Shown: positions 62,467 to 64,000 of the stretch, one piece after another
Position numbering within the stretch: the first letter of the stretch is position 1
How the letters are laid out: every line of letters begins with the position of its first letter
Source: Acholeplasmatales bacterium
GTDB lineage: Bacteria > Bacillota_I > Bacilli_A > Izemoplasmatales > Hujiaoplasmataceae
Reading direction: 5' to 3'
Assembly (NCBI GenBank): GCA_003477305.1
Contig: DMTN01000039.1
Coordinates: 19,160-83,159, forward strand
Length of the DNA: 64,000 nt
Translations under genes and position numbers: made by a program
The notes under the pieces: model-generated
The model's input: the letters and a program-made list of their open reading frames with translations, nothing else
Database searches by the model: none
What the model was told of the DNA's origin: nothing

Positions 62467-64000
62467 TCAGCTACCTCTCAATTGCGGATTGAGCGCATCG
62501 CGAAGCGCATTGCCGAACATGTTGAAGGTGATCATCAAAATCGAGACGATGATCGTCGGGAAGATGACCAGCCACAGGTTGCCGGCGAAGATCTGCTGCT
62601 GTCCGTCGTTCAGGATGACGCCGATGGAGGTGCCGGTAAGGGTGATCGGGCCGATTCTAAAGGCTTGCCCGTTGCCGATGCCGAATCCGAGATACGATAG
62701 ATTCACTTCAAGGAAGATGACGGAGGGAATACTCAGGACGACGCGGGTGATGATGGTTCCGAGCGCGTTGGGCAGGATGTGCTTGAAGATGATGCGGCTG
62801 TCGGAGGCGCCGAGGGTCCGTGCGGCCAAGACATACTCCCTGCCTTTATATCGATAGAATTGCGATCGCGTGACCTTCGCCGCGCCGATCCATCCGTCAT
62901 AGACCATGAAGATGAACAGGGCGGTGAACCCGGGTCCGATCAAAACCGTGATGATGGCGATCATCGTGATCTGCGGAAAACTACCCCAGATATCGGTGAA
63001 ACGTTCCATCATGATGTCGACTTGACCGCCGTAATAAGCGGAGGTTGCGCCCCAGATGATGCCGACGAAGATGTTCACGCAGGCCGCCATGAAGCCGAGC
63101 AGGAGGGACGTTCTGAGGCCGAGCCAGATCAGGGTGAAAAGGTCCTGTCCGAAGACGTTCGTGCCGAACAGGAAATAGGGTGTCGTTTCAAAACCGAGCG
63201 CGTAGGATCCGTCCAGCATGACGACATAGTTCGTCGCCGTGATGCCCGTGCCGGGCAGCGAGATGATTTCGACGCTGACCACCGAGACGATCGGAAAGCC
63301 TTCGCCGAATAGCCAGCCGTCCGGATTGTCGGGATCCGGAACGATGCTGTCTTCCATGCCTTCGTTTTCTTGCAGGATGCGGTCGTAATCGGCGTCGCCG
63401 ATGGTCGAACGCTGGTCTGCGAATAACGCTTCATAGACATTATAGCGGAAATTCGCGGTGGTCATGACGGCGTTCTTGCGGACGAACCGTCCGTTTTCGG
63501 TGAGCGAATCGACGTTATATAGCGCGAACATCGCAAGCGGGTACCCGTCGTAGAAGTTGACGTTCACATCGGCGGCGTTCTTGACGGCGATGCTGTTGAA
63601 GGAAACATATTCGGAGCCGTCGGTGGAAGGTGCTGGGAGTTCGTATTTGAATACGACATAGCGGGCGACGCCGTTGGCGATTGCGGTCATCGGATCGAGC
63701 ACATGGACGCCGGCTTCCGTGATCGTTCCGAGAAGCGCCAGATCATCCCAGGAAGCGTATCCCGAACCGACCGATAGCGCCGACAGGTAGACTTTGAGGA
63801 CACCTGCCGGGTCGATTTCGTTGACATCCACTTCGATGGTATGCCCGGTCAGAAAGGAAATTGCAACCGGCGTGACGATGGCGTAGGCGGAGCGTTCCGT
63901 GTCAACGAACAGTTCGTTCGTTCCGCCGCGGAACTGCGGGCTGCGGTCGGTACCGATGACATCTTGGTTTGTCAGCGTATCAAACAGAAAATAATCCGCT
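62467..64000 (-). CDS. oppC: oligopeptide ABC transporter permease OppC, 5'-truncated by the window edge
   Basis: C-terminal permease core with ARTLGASDSRIIFKHILPNALGTII. The frame stays open upstream of the track start (GTG at 63831) to position 64000, so the true start is outside the window. More than 250 aa of non-membrane sequence precedes the core. Confidence 0.8.
   Translation of the reverse strand, partial: ADYFLFDTLTNQDVIGTDRSPQFRGGTNELFVDTERSAYAIVTPVAISFLTGHTIEVDVNEIDPAGVLKVYLSALSVGSGYASWDDLALLGTITEAGVHVLDPMTAIANGVARYVVFKYELPAPSTDGSEYVSFNSIAVKNAADVNVNFYDGYPLAMFALYNVDSLTENGRFVRKNAVMTTANFRYNVYEALFADQRSTIGDADYDRILQENEGMEDSIVPDPDNPDGWLFGEGFPIVSVVSVEIISLPGTGITATNYVVMLDGSYALGFETTPYFLFGTNVFGQDLFTLIWLGLRTSLLLGFMAACVNIFVGIIWGATSAYYGGQVDIMMERFTDIWGSFPQITMIAIITVLIGPGFTALFIFMVYDGWIGAAKVTRSQFYRYKGREYVLAARTLGASDSRIIFKHILPNALGTIITRVVLSIPSVIFLEVNLSYLGFGIGNGQAFRIGPITLTGTSIGVILNDGQQQIFAGNLWLVIFPTIIVSILMITFNMFGNALRDALNPQLRGS

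Overview
This is a GC-rich 64-kb chromosomal segment (high-50s % GC by eye, not computed) from a Gram-positive-lineage bacterium. SigmaA-style promoters, rho-independent terminators, LxxC lipoproteins, a BMP-type nucleoside ABC system, DegV and Opp ATPases with large insertions suggest Bacillota or a Mollicutes-related lineage. No finer call is possible without a database search. The window holds about 50 protein genes, 6 tRNAs (a His-Gln-Lys-Leu cluster, Trp, Tyr) and one clear riboswitch. Almost everything is on the minus strand, except a plus-strand block at 46.6-54.1 kb. Content is mostly housekeeping: uvrB, a nucleoside ABC importer, pfkA, dnaE, ackA, yidD, two CPA2-type antiporters, an EF-G paralogue, a heterodimeric ABC exporter, a fused U32 protein, an SF2 helicase operon, GH31 plus a PHP phosphatase, a GGDEF cyclase, an ABC-F, an MFS transporter, nrdDG, a CotH lipoprotein, mgsA, a MATE pump and oppCDF. 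I saw no transposase, integrase, phage, CRISPR or rRNA signal. The stand-out is a compact, AT-richer two-gene cassette at 37.2-39.4 kb. It encodes a 180-aa protein with a Sec signal peptide and nine tandem ~17-aa units sharing an invariant EPEFAYP core, followed by a 430-aa HTH+TPR (RNPP-like) regulator. I propose it is a quorum-sensing module: a multi-copy pro-peptide plus its cytoplasmic receptor. Other items worth a second look are: a c-di-AMP (ydaO-type) riboswitch-antiporter-PII-like operon; a ~200-nt leader containing a terminator in front of the MATE pump; an EF-G paralogue lacking the catalytic His; an ABC-F with one coherently degenerate ATP site; a membrane-anchored helicase / TM protein / GrpB operon; large insertions in OppD and OppF; and a ~770-bp gene-free spacer upstream of nrdD.
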